Positions 6,994 through 15,621 of a stretch of 45,855 nt of DNA are shown piece by piece. Positions within the stretch are counted from its first letter, which is position 1, and each line of letters opens with the position of its first letter. The notes beneath the pieces were generated by a model that saw nothing but the letters and a program-made list of their open reading frames with translations, ran no database searches and was not told the origin of the DNA. The translations under genes were made by a program, and so were the position numbers. The stretch is taken from the sequence record SRR2962707_1709; one strand, given 5' to 3'.

Positions 6994-9834
6994 ATGAAAG
7001 CCAGACTGTTCAGCGCGCGCCATTTTCAGATTGTTGTGCTGTCCCTGCTTGCTGGCATTCTCTATCTCGGGGCTCACTTCTTCGTCGACACCTTCAGGAT
7101 CAACCGTATCTGGATGGAGCGCGTCGAGATTCCGAGCGCGCTCGCCTTCGATGCCACCACATTTGATTTTCTGGTCGATGGCGGCGCGATCTGGCCGGTT
7201 CGCGATGGTGTGTCCGTCGCTCTCGGACATGCCCCTTGCAACACGCTCGCCATGCGCTCGCCCGAGACGGTTATCCTGGCCTCCGGCCCAGCCGGTGACG
7301 CTGGCCGCAAATATGTCCGCGAACTGTGTGAATCGGCGCAGGGCGAGCGCATCCGCGAACAGGTTGCCAATTTCAATCAAAGCTACCGGATTGTCTCTGT
7401 CTCCGACAATCGCGAGGCCGACAGCGCGCTGAAATCCGACCAGGGCGTGGCCTGCGCCGATGGTGTCAGCACAGCCAGGCTGTTCGTGCCCGCCCGCTGC
7501 CTGCCCAACAAATGGGAAGCGACCATTGCTGCTGACGGCAGGGCGGTTCAGTCGATCACCACGGCAACGATCTCCCAGTTCGACTATGCCTTTCTTGCCA
7601 GCGAGACGGAGAGCTTCTTCGGCGACTGGAAAGTCATCACCCCGGTCATCGACACGCAAACCGGTGAATCGGGCCAGTACAGGTTCAGGACCACCATGAC
7701 CTTCGGCGAAATGCCGGTGAGCATTCGCACCATCGGGGCTGTGCGGTCAGTCTCGATCAACGGCACGCCGCTGAACATCGATCCCGCCACCGGGCCTGAC
7801 GAGGTTGCCGAAGCAGCGGGTCTGAAGCAACTGGCCTCGCTGGCGGTCTATTGTGCCGATGACACCCGGTCGATTGGTCACCGCGTACGGTGCGAAGGCG
7901 AAAGCCCGCGTGGGCGGCCGACAGGGACGCAGATATTCCTGTCTGAGGCGAAGGGCCGAGCCGTCGATCTGGAATTGCTCATTGAACCGTCGATCCGGAT
8001 TGATCGCGGGCTCAGGCGCTATCTCGCCAATCGTCAGAAAGGCATGCCGGAAATTCCCGACCAGAAGGTTTCGCTGGGTTTCGGGCGCATTCGCGTCGCC
8101 TGTGAACTGGCCGGGTTCAAGATCGGTAAATCAGCCACCGGCGGAGCCGACACAGGCTGCGAGCTGAGCTGGAATGTGCCGGGCAATCAGAGGGTTGAAA
8201 GCCAATCCGAGCCCTTGACCGGTCTGGTTTTGGCCGATCTGCCGGTTCTGGATTCGCAAGGCGCGCTGACCCAGAAAGCCTTCCAACTGGGGCTTGGCGG
8301 TTTGCTTGGGCTGGGCACCGGGGATTCCGGCTCTGTTGCTGCCGCACTGACCCGGACGGAGGAGGGCGAAAATCCCTCGCTGACCCTGATCCCCGATTAC
8401 CAGGAAAAGGCGCTTGCAGCACTGGCGCAAAACTACACTTGCCCGAAAGACGAGGAACGTTGCGACCGGCGCGCCGATCTGGTCATTCTTGATGCGGACG
8501 GCGAGGATGCAGGCAATGTGCTGGCCGTTGCCAGCCTGCCGCAACCACGCACCGGAATGTCCTCGTGGGATATCGAAACACTTGAGCTGACCGCATCCGC
8601 CAAGAGCCCGCTGGCTGCCTATGCCTGGCGCAATTACGATCTGCGCGGCACGCCGGGCTCCGCCTTCAAGCTGGTCACCGCGCTGGCGGCCAGCCAGCAT
8701 GTTCTAGATACTGGCGATACGGCGCTTGAAAGCGTGCTGCTTGGTACTTCGACGCCGCTGCAGATCGCCGATCTGTTTGGCATCGCCGCGACGAGGCCCT
8801 CCTTCAATGGCCGCTGCAAGCCCGACTACGAGGAACGCGATCCGAAGAAGATGAATGCCCTGCCGATCCTGGGTGCGAGAGACAGGATCGTTTTCTGCAT
8901 GGGCAATTCGGCATCATCCGCCGGTGTCCGCAGTGGAATAAGCCATATCCTGGAAACCGGTGTCGACAGCGGTTGCGGTGATGCCCGGACCCCGAGAGCC
9001 GGTATGTGCGAAGCGATCAAGCGTTCCTCGAACCTGTTTTTCGCGGGCATTGCGATGTATCTGGATGCCGACAAGCTGCTCGATCCGGAAACCGGCTTCG
9101 AGCACACCAGGCTGGTGCCAGATCTCATTTTGGCCAGGGAAGCCGAACGGTTTTTCCCGGCTGCCCGCAGCTCGGAAGCCATCAGCCGCAAGAGCGCGCT
9201 CGACATTCTCGATGTGAACTATCCCGCCACCGGGCGCGGCCGTGCCAGCCCGATGATCGTTGAAGCTGGCCTTCCCGTGCCGCCGGGAGAGCCGCGGCGG
9301 CTGAGACTGGCGCGCGGCGGTATCGGGCTCTCCGTCAGCGCCAGCCCGCTTGCCATGGCCTCGGTCGCAGCCTCCGTCGCCACCGGCAAGATTGTCCGGC
9401 CCCACCTTGTGCCGCGGGCGGAGCGTGGCCCGTCGGATGATCCTATCGAAGGCGAACCACTGCTGGTCGCCGCACCGGAAAAACAGGCGCTGGCCGATAA
9501 ATTTCTGCGCGAATTACGTGACGGCATGGGCGCCGTGATTCGGAAACAGGGGGGCACCTCGCGCAGTGCTTTTGCCAAGATTCCGGCAGAGCTTCGCAAC
9601 GCGATCTATGCAAAGACCGGCACCGCGCCGGTGTTTGGCCATTCGAATTCGCCGCCCGACGGGCGCTATGCATCGTGGCTGGTCGGCTATGTCGATCCGC
9701 AGCCGGGGCTTCCCGGCATTGACCAGAAAATTGCTTTCGCGTGCCGCGTGGCATTTTCCCCGAGCTACGGCGGATCGGTCTGCGGGCCGATTGTCCGCGA
9801 CTTTCTCCTCGCCTTGTACGAGGCGGAAAAATGA
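6994..9834 (+). CDS. Class B-like penicillin-binding protein (transpeptidase), 946 aa, atypical N-terminal region
   Basis: N-terminal TM anchor. Motif 1 TPGS-A-F-KLVTA (SxxK, 8659-8670), motif 2 KRSSN (SxN, 9025-9033), motif 3 AKTGTA (9613-9621). Also GxVLAVASLP and IGLSVSASPLAMASVAASVATGKIVRPHL, typical of PBP2/PbpA transpeptidase domains. Confidence 0.9.
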   Translation: MKARLFSARHFQIVVLSLLAGILYLGAHFFVDTFRINRIWMERVEIPSALAFDATTFDFLVDGGAIWPVRDGVSVALGHAPCNTLAMRSPETVILASGPAGDAGRKYVRELCESAQGERIREQVANFNQSYRIVSVSDNREADSALKSDQGVACADGVSTARLFVPARCLPNKWEATIAADGRAVQSITTATISQFDYAFLASETESFFGDWKVITPVIDTQTGESGQYRFRTTMTFGEMPVSIRTIGAVRSVSINGTPLNIDPATGPDEVAEAAGLKQLASLAVYCADDTRSIGHRVRCEGESPRGRPTGTQIFLSEAKGRAVDLELLIEPSIRIDRGLRRYLANRQKGMPEIPDQKVSLGFGRIRVACELAGFKIGKSATGGADTGCELSWNVPGNQRVESQSEPLTGLVLADLPVLDSQGALTQKAFQLGLGGLLGLGTGDSGSVAAALTRTEEGENPSLTLIPDYQEKALAALAQNYTCPKDEERCDRRADLVILDADGEDAGNVLAVASLPQPRTGMSSWDIETLELTASAKSPLAAYAWRNYDLRGTPGSAFKLVTALAASQHVLDTGDTALESVLLGTSTPLQIADLFGIAATRPSFNGRCKPDYEERDPKKMNALPILGARDRIVFCMGNSASSAGVRSGISHILETGVDSGCGDARTPRAGMCEAIKRSSNLFFAGIAMYLDADKLLDPETGFEHTRLVPDLILAREAERFFPAARSSEAISRKSALDILDVNYPATGRGRASPMIVEAGLPVPPGEPRRLRLARGGIGLSVSASPLAMASVAASVATGKIVRPHLVPRAERGPSDDPIEGEPLLVAAPEKQALADKFLRELRDGMGAVIRKQGGTSRSAFAKIPAELRNAIYAKTGTAPVFGHSNSPPDGRYASWLVGYVDPQPGLPGIDQKIAFACRVAFSPSYGGSVCGPIVRDFLLALYEAEK

Positions 9835-12800
9835 AAATCATCCGCTCCATCAGTTCGGTCTTCGGCATCGTTATGCGCCTCGTCTTCGGGCTTGCCACAC
9901 TGGCCGTGATCTTCTGGTGGATGTTCGCGCTTCAAACTGCAGCCGAAAAGGCGCCGCAGTTCAGTTCGCTCAAGGATCTGAAGCTGACGATACCGCGCGG
10001 CGAGGAAGTCGTGCTCGGTCGTGCGGAATTGCTCCAGCCGGCAGGCGCGCGCTCGGCGGAGCTGCAGCATGTGCGCCTGCGCGCGACGGATGAAGGTCAA
10101 CTGCTGATCAGCCGGGTGGCGGAGCTGCGCGGCCTCAATGTCGAGTTCGGTGGCAAGACCGAAGAGGGCTCGAGCGAGCGCTATGAGATTTCCCGCCAAA
10201 AGGGCGCCTACACTCTGCTCTCGGCCGGTTCGCAGTTTGTAAAGATCGCTGTGAGGGATGACGACGGCATCGAATTTGCCGTCGAAGACTGGACAGGCAA
10301 GGCCTCGACCGCGGTTGTCTACCGCAATGGCGCGGAAATCCTTGTCGACGGGAAGCCCGCGAAGGGATGTTACGAGCAGAGTACCGCGAGCTGGGTTGTC
10401 TCTCAGGCCAACAAGCTGAGCCAGGACATCACCGGCAGGCTATCCAATCTTGTCGAGCCGTTTGGGCTGGGTGATCTGTTGCGCAGAAAAGGCCGGGCCA
10501 CAATCGCGGTCCTGGGCGGCGATGTGGATTGCACGATGCACAGCTATGCATTGGTGGCGATGCCGCGCGCCAATCCGGAACTGGAATTCATTGTCCGCAA
10601 GAACCTCTCTGACGACCGCCTGTTTGTGTCGATCTACCGCGATGCCCAACTGGTTCCCGTCAGTTTCGAGACCTGGCTCAACGGTATGCGGATCCGCCAG
10701 AACTATGGCCGCACAGGCATCGAGATCCCGGTGGCCTCCACCGCAGAACTCGAAAATCCGCCGGTCACGCATTTTACCGCCGGCAAGACCCGCTACGTGA
10801 TTGAAACGACGCCCACTCCTGAAGGCGGATGGGACGTTCACATCGCGCCCAACCGCCGGGTTGCGCTGTTTGATCGCAGCGTCTGCGCCCAGGCAGCCGA
10901 GGCGGTTGAGGAAACCGCATCGGCTGAAGATTGCCCGCCACCGCTCGACAGCTCGCCCAACGTGTTGCCCAAGGGCGCGAGCATCGAGGTTTCGCAATTG
11001 CAGCTCCCCTCGACGCTCGACCGCTTGTTTGTCAGCAGCCCGGAAGGGCTTGTGAGTGCCGAAATTCTGGCCCGGGGTGCCGCGATCTGCCTGTGCCTGC
11101 TGATCGTGCTGGCAGTCCCGGGCGCCACGATCTGGCGCGCCAATGGCTCCATTGTGCGGGCCGCGTTCCTCGTCCTGGCGGGCGGCTTTGTGCTGATCCT
11201 TGCCTTGCTGCCCGACCTGGTTGCGATCGCCAGGATGATCACCGATGTCCCCGATGCATCGCGCTGGCTTTTCTATGGACTGGGCGCCATGTGGGCCTGC
11301 GCCACAATTGTCGTGATGCTCGACCGCTCCGGTGGCGCCAGCCTCTGCGCATTCTGGCTTGTTCTCACGGGCATTATCGCCATCGGCTCTATTTCCATGT
11401 TCAGCCTCAGCGCCGAAGGCCCCAACACCGACTGGGAGCGCTTCTTCATCAAGCACAAGCTCGTGGTGCTCGACATTTTGCCGCTGTTCGTGATGGCCTT
11501 GACGATTGTCTCCCCGACGGCGCTCAAGCTCAGAATCGGCAATGACTTTGCCGGACGCCCTTCCTTCTTTTCCCCGACGATGTGGCTTCTGGCCATCGTC
11601 TTTGCCCTGTTCGCGGCCTGGTTCTTCCTGGGCAACCAGACCGGGCTCGGCGGCTCGATCCAGCCTGTAGAGGCGGGCAAGTTTGCCATTGTGGTGCTGT
11701 TGGGCGCGGCCCTGGCGCAATGGTTGATCCGCGCCCGGCTGCTGGCCCAGGCCTGGTTCGGCATCACGCTGATTGCGGTCATTCTCTCCACGCTGTTCCT
11801 GATTGCGCTGCTGTTCGTCCCTGCGGTCAAATCCGACTATTCGCCCTTGATCATCATTGGCTCGGCCACGGCGATTACCGCGGTTGTCGGTGTCATGGCG
11901 ATCGGCTGGCGGATCCGCGAAGAAGAATTCGACGACCTGAGGGACATCAAACGGATTCCGCTCTCTTACGTACCGTCGATCCAGGACTACCGCATGAGTT
12001 ATGCTCAGTTCGCTCTGCTGCTTGTCGTGTTCGCGGCCATTATCACGGCGCCGCTGCTCGCACTTGACCGCGCCAGGGCCGTCATTGATGTGGTGCTGGG
12101 GGCGCCGGAGTATTTGATCGCTGCAGCCCTGGTGCTGCTTCTGCTCATCGTCATGCTGATCCGGACGCTGGCCATTCCCCGCGCGGTGTTCATACTGCTG
12201 CTGGGCTTGCCGCTGGCGCTGATGGGCACATGGGCGCTGATGCGCGGCGAGGTGCTGATCCTGGCGCTTGCCGTGACCTGCCTGGGCGTCATCACATTCG
12301 CCGTTGCCATCCGAAATCGCGTCAACTGGACGCTGGCGCGTGTGGCAATTGCAGCACCGCTGATCGCACTGGTCATGGCTGTGGCATTGAGGGACGTGCC
12401 GGCCAAGGCCGGGCTCGGGGTGCAGGACTGGTCCTGGTTCTATGGTCCCGACAAGCAGATCACGGAGCTGGAAAAAGTGCTGGGCGAGGGGCGCCGGTTG
12501 CCGGTCGAAAGGTTGATGAGCTGGGCCGATCTGCGCTTTGGCCGCACCGGCGGATATGAGGCGCCGCGGCAACTGCTGCTGCGCGACATGAATTTTCATG
12601 TGCTGAGGTCACGCGCCACGCTGGCAAATGCGCCGTGCGGGATGAGTGCAGAGCTGACCGCAGCGCCTTACAACATTGGTTATGCCGTCGGCTGGCTGGG
12701 CGAGACAATCTCCCAGGGGCTTGGCATTTCCTGCCCGGATGAGGCGCAGACAGCGGAAACGCTTCGCTGCACGCCCTCGACGCTGAAGGGGCCGGTCAGG

Positions 12801-13226
12801 CCGCATTGTGTGCCGGTCGTCCAGAGCGACTTTGCGGCGACCTACATTGTGACCCGGCACGGCAACGCGGCGGCCACCTTGCTGATTGCGCTGCAGGCCT
12901 GTTTCATCTTTCTGGTCATCAGCCTTTACCTGAAGCTCCAGGCCAAACGCTCACGCGATCCGGTCGAGACGGGCGCCGATCAGGCTCTGGCCTGCATCGC
13001 GCTGGGCGCCGGCATGCTGTTCCTGATGCAGTGGATCCTGGCCTGGTCGAATGCATTCGGGCTGTTGCCCGTCATGGGGCAGCCGATGACGTGGCTATCG
13101 GCAGGAACAAGTCATCATCTATTCATGGCAATACCGGCAGCGCTGGTGCTCCTCGTGGCAGTTCGCCTTGCAGGAATGAAAGCACCCGTGTTAACAATTC
13201 GTATACCACCAAGACGCCGGGGTTAG
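9831..13226 (+). CDS. SEDS-family (FtsW/RodA/SpoVE) peptidoglycan glycosyltransferase, extended, with N-terminal FHA-like domain
   Basis: ATG 9831 overlaps the PBP stop (ATGA). SEDS motifs: GGSIQPVEAGK (QPSE.K), KSDYSP (PDLGT), VPVVQSDF (LPEAHTDF with the catalytic Asp), GLLPVMGQPMTWLSAGTS (GLLPxTGxPLPFxSYGGS). Many TM helices. The N-terminal VVLGRAEL...AELQHVRL...GQLLISRV is FHA-like. Confidence 0.88.
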   Translation: MKIIRSISSVFGIVMRLVFGLATLAVIFWWMFALQTAAEKAPQFSSLKDLKLTIPRGEEVVLGRAELLQPAGARSAELQHVRLRATDEGQLLISRVAELRGLNVEFGGKTEEGSSERYEISRQKGAYTLLSAGSQFVKIAVRDDDGIEFAVEDWTGKASTAVVYRNGAEILVDGKPAKGCYEQSTASWVVSQANKLSQDITGRLSNLVEPFGLGDLLRRKGRATIAVLGGDVDCTMHSYALVAMPRANPELEFIVRKNLSDDRLFVSIYRDAQLVPVSFETWLNGMRIRQNYGRTGIEIPVASTAELENPPVTHFTAGKTRYVIETTPTPEGGWDVHIAPNRRVALFDRSVCAQAAEAVEETASAEDCPPPLDSSPNVLPKGASIEVSQLQLPSTLDRLFVSSPEGLVSAEILARGAAICLCLLIVLAVPGATIWRANGSIVRAAFLVLAGGFVLILALLPDLVAIARMITDVPDASRWLFYGLGAMWACATIVVMLDRSGGASLCAFWLVLTGIIAIGSISMFSLSAEGPNTDWERFFIKHKLVVLDILPLFVMALTIVSPTALKLRIGNDFAGRPSFFSPTMWLLAIVFALFAAWFFLGNQTGLGGSIQPVEAGKFAIVVLLGAALAQWLIRARLLAQAWFGITLIAVILSTLFLIALLFVPAVKSDYSPLIIIGSATAITAVVGVMAIGWRIREEEFDDLRDIKRIPLSYVPSIQDYRMSYAQFALLLVVFAAIITAPLLALDRARAVIDVVLGAPEYLIAAALVLLLLIVMLIRTLAIPRAVFILLLGLPLALMGTWALMRGEVLILALAVTCLGVITFAVAIRNRVNWTLARVAIAAPLIALVMAVALRDVPAKAGLGVQDWSWFYGPDKQITELEKVLGEGRRLPVERLMSWADLRFGRTGGYEAPRQLLLRDMNFHVLRSRATLANAPCGMSAELTAAPYNIGYAVGWLGETISQGLGISCPDEAQTAETLRCTPSTLKGPVRPHCVPVVQSDFAATYIVTRHGNAAATLLIALQACFIFLVISLYLKLQAKRSRDPVETGADQALACIALGAGMLFLMQWILAWSNAFGLLPVMGQPMTWLSAGTSHHLFMAIPAALVLLVAVRLAGMKAPVLTIRIPPRRRG

Positions 13227-13264
13227 TCACCAGTAAAGTTTGAGTAAAGGGAGCAGGCGTTGAA

Positions 13265-15493
13265 ATGGACAAGAAAAACAACGACGGGAATGCGATCCTA
13301 AGTACGACCCGCCTGAAGCAGGGCTTCATCATTGTCTTTGCTGCAGTAGCCTTTTTCATGACTGCATATGCGACAAGCGGCGGCGCGCGAATATTCATGA
13401 CCGAGACCTATGCCTGGGTCGGCATCACCGCGCTTGCTGTCGGATTTCTGGCCTTTACATCGCTGGTGCTTGGCGACGGTATATCCTCCAATCGCCTCAC
13501 CCAGATCGCCCTTGTGACGCCGTTTTATCTGGTCGCGGTGGCGATATGCTGGATTTCCTCCTTTGCCTCCTACCATCAGCAATTCCTCAGCGTTGGCGGA
13601 TCCGATCTGGCCAATGCCGAGACCAATCTGCGGCAGATGGGGCTCTATGCTCACGACATCAATCAGGAAATGAACGAGCGGTATCAGGACAAGAAGGCCG
13701 CCTTGCTGGGCAATGAAGCGCTCAAGGATTACTCGACAAGGATGGGCGCTCTCACCGACGAGCTGCGCGATCGCGACAAGAAAAAGGAAATCGCTTCCGA
13801 GCTGCAGACGCTGATCGAGACCAAGAAAATCGAGTTGCGAAACCGGCAGGGTCAGCTGAAAACCCAGCAGGGCGAAACCGAACGCGGGCTGGTCAAGCTC
13901 ACCAAGCAGATCGAAAGCCTTGAAACGCAGGTTGCCGCAAAACAAACCCGGGTTGCCGCGACTGCCGAGCTTGTCGACAAGCTCGAAATCGCTCTGAAGA
14001 CCGAGGAAGGCGAACCCGGTGTGTCACAGGAGAGCAAGGCTATCCTGCTGGCCGATGGCCTGGCCAGCCAGCTCACCGACGACCCTGCTTGCAATCGCCG
14101 ACGCCGCGCCGGCACCGGCGGCGGACTGAGAGGTACCTGCTACAACGCGCTGGGGGAAAAACTCGCCGATTCCCGCGCCCAGCTTGCCGGGTTGAAGCAA
14201 GAACACGAGAGCGCTCGCAACCAGTTGCTGACAGCAAACCAGCAGCAAGCCGCGCTGCAGGCGGATGTCATGACCGTGGCCCAGGAACTCGACGCGACCA
14301 CCAGCCAGATCAGTGAAGATGTTGCTTCGGGCTATACGCTCGACGCCGACGGTTTCCTGCAAAGCGTCAACGCCTTCATCGATACGCCGTCACAGACCAC
14401 ATTCAAGCAGACCGCGAGCTATTGCCAGGTGGTCACCGAAGTGCTGGCCGATCTCAAATCGGTATCCGACCTTCCCGCTTGCGAGCCGCAAGCCTTGATG
14501 GCGGTGTTCCGGCAGATCGACACGCTCGATGCCGAGCAGGTCGCTTTTGCCCAGACATGCGACGAGACCGACCGGCGCAAGCAGATCATCGACAATCTGC
14601 GCAGCGAGATGCTGGATGTGTCGGGCCCTGAGCGGCTCAAGCCCATCACCCGCGCCTACGACCAGATGCGGGCTGAGGTGCTGGAGACGTGTCTTCTGGC
14701 CGCCGAACAGCGGGGCCTCGAAGGCAGTCCGTACCGCGAGGATCTGGCTAGCCTTTATGACCGGATCAACCCGTCACAGGATGCGATCAGCAAGGCCATC
14801 GGCAAGGTTGAAGCGCTGTTCAATGGAACCGCATCGGCACGCGATTATTTCCCGGCGCTGTTGGCGCTGTTGCAGGAACTCTCATTGCTGCTTTCGAAGC
14901 TGTTCTGGGACGCCAATGTCGTGTCGAAATCGTCAAAACGCAAAGATGATCTGGACACCGCGGATCTTGATCTCGATGCAAAACCGGACGACCCGGATTC
15001 AGTGCTGGCCGCCAAGAACGTGATCCTCAGCACGGTGTTTGACAAGCAGGGCTACCTGTTGCCGCAGCTCTATGACGAGGATTATTCCCATGAGATGCGC
15101 AGCCAGATGCGGCTGATCGTCGACAATCTGTTCCGCAAGCAGATGGCCAGGAAAACCAGCCGTGGCATCTTGATCTCGGAACAGGGGCTGGCGGAAGTGG
15201 GCCGCCGCATCCGACGCCACAATGAAACTGCCGAAAACCGGGCAACGACACCCGAAGCCACCGCCGCTGAAACGGCTGATGTCGCTGAAAATGCGCATTC
15301 AGTCACAGCGTCAGGCGAAACTCCGGCCGGGAACTTTACCGAGGACAAGCCGGCCGCAAAGCTTGCCGCCGCGCAACCCGGCCTGACCGCTTCAAGCGCG
15401 GAAGTGCTTGACGAGGTAGACGCCAACGCCACCCAGCGCCCGCGCCGCCGCAGGCCGGTGGTGGTCAGGCCCAATTTCCGGCGTGAAATCTAA
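13265..15493 (+). CDS. Membrane-anchored long coiled-coil protein (DUF4407-like)
   Basis: Three N-terminal TM helices, a ~400-aa heptad-rich coiled coil interrupted by EEGEPG...GTGGGLRGTCY (similar to the DUF4407 ExxG..TGxxGxGPxY hairpin), a C-terminal TM (YFPALLALLQELSLLL), then a cytoplasmic tail and low-complexity end. Confidence 0.65.
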   Translation: MDKKNNDGNAILSTTRLKQGFIIVFAAVAFFMTAYATSGGARIFMTETYAWVGITALAVGFLAFTSLVLGDGISSNRLTQIALVTPFYLVAVAICWISSFASYHQQFLSVGGSDLANAETNLRQMGLYAHDINQEMNERYQDKKAALLGNEALKDYSTRMGALTDELRDRDKKKEIASELQTLIETKKIELRNRQGQLKTQQGETERGLVKLTKQIESLETQVAAKQTRVAATAELVDKLEIALKTEEGEPGVSQESKAILLADGLASQLTDDPACNRRRRAGTGGGLRGTCYNALGEKLADSRAQLAGLKQEHESARNQLLTANQQQAALQADVMTVAQELDATTSQISEDVASGYTLDADGFLQSVNAFIDTPSQTTFKQTASYCQVVTEVLADLKSVSDLPACEPQALMAVFRQIDTLDAEQVAFAQTCDETDRRKQIIDNLRSEMLDVSGPERLKPITRAYDQMRAEVLETCLLAAEQRGLEGSPYREDLASLYDRINPSQDAISKAIGKVEALFNGTASARDYFPALLALLQELSLLLSKLFWDANVVSKSSKRKDDLDTADLDLDAKPDDPDSVLAAKNVILSTVFDKQGYLLPQLYDEDYSHEMRSQMRLIVDNLFRKQMARKTSRGILISEQGLAEVGRRIRRHNETAENRATTPEATAAETADVAENAHSVTASGETPAGNFTEDKPAAKLAAAQPGLTASSAEVLDEVDANATQRPRRRRPVVVRPNFRREI

Positions 15494-15516
15494 CATCCGG
15501 ATTGTCTGGAAATATC

Positions 15517-15552
15517 AAACGCCGCGCATTCCAGTCGGGTGCGCGGCGTTTT
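15517..15552. terminator. Bidirectional intrinsic terminator between convergent genes
   Basis: AAACGCCGCGCA-N11-TGCGCGGCGTTTT stem-loop between the 15493 stop and the 15622 stop. Confidence 0.8.
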
Positions 15553-15621
15553 CGGTAAGGGGCGTGCTGTGAACGGATCTGGCCACAGCCCGTTGCGAGC
15601 TGCAGCCATTGCGAGCCACAA

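Noticed and set aside
9741-9830. Upstream extensions given by the ORF track (also at 4446, 16631, 21098, 22584, 30784, 36546, 37388, 43693)
   Set aside because: They overlap neighbouring genes; downstream starts have an RBS or stop/start coupling.
10440-12599. 719-aa minus-strand ORF
   Set aside because: Antisense shadow of the SEDS gene; its H/Q/R-rich composition is the expected mirror of hydrophobic high-GC codons.
6994-13226. Calling the pair ftsI/ftsW or mrdA/mrdB
   Set aside because: No dcw or mre context, and both proteins are far larger and more divergent than the housekeeping orthologues.
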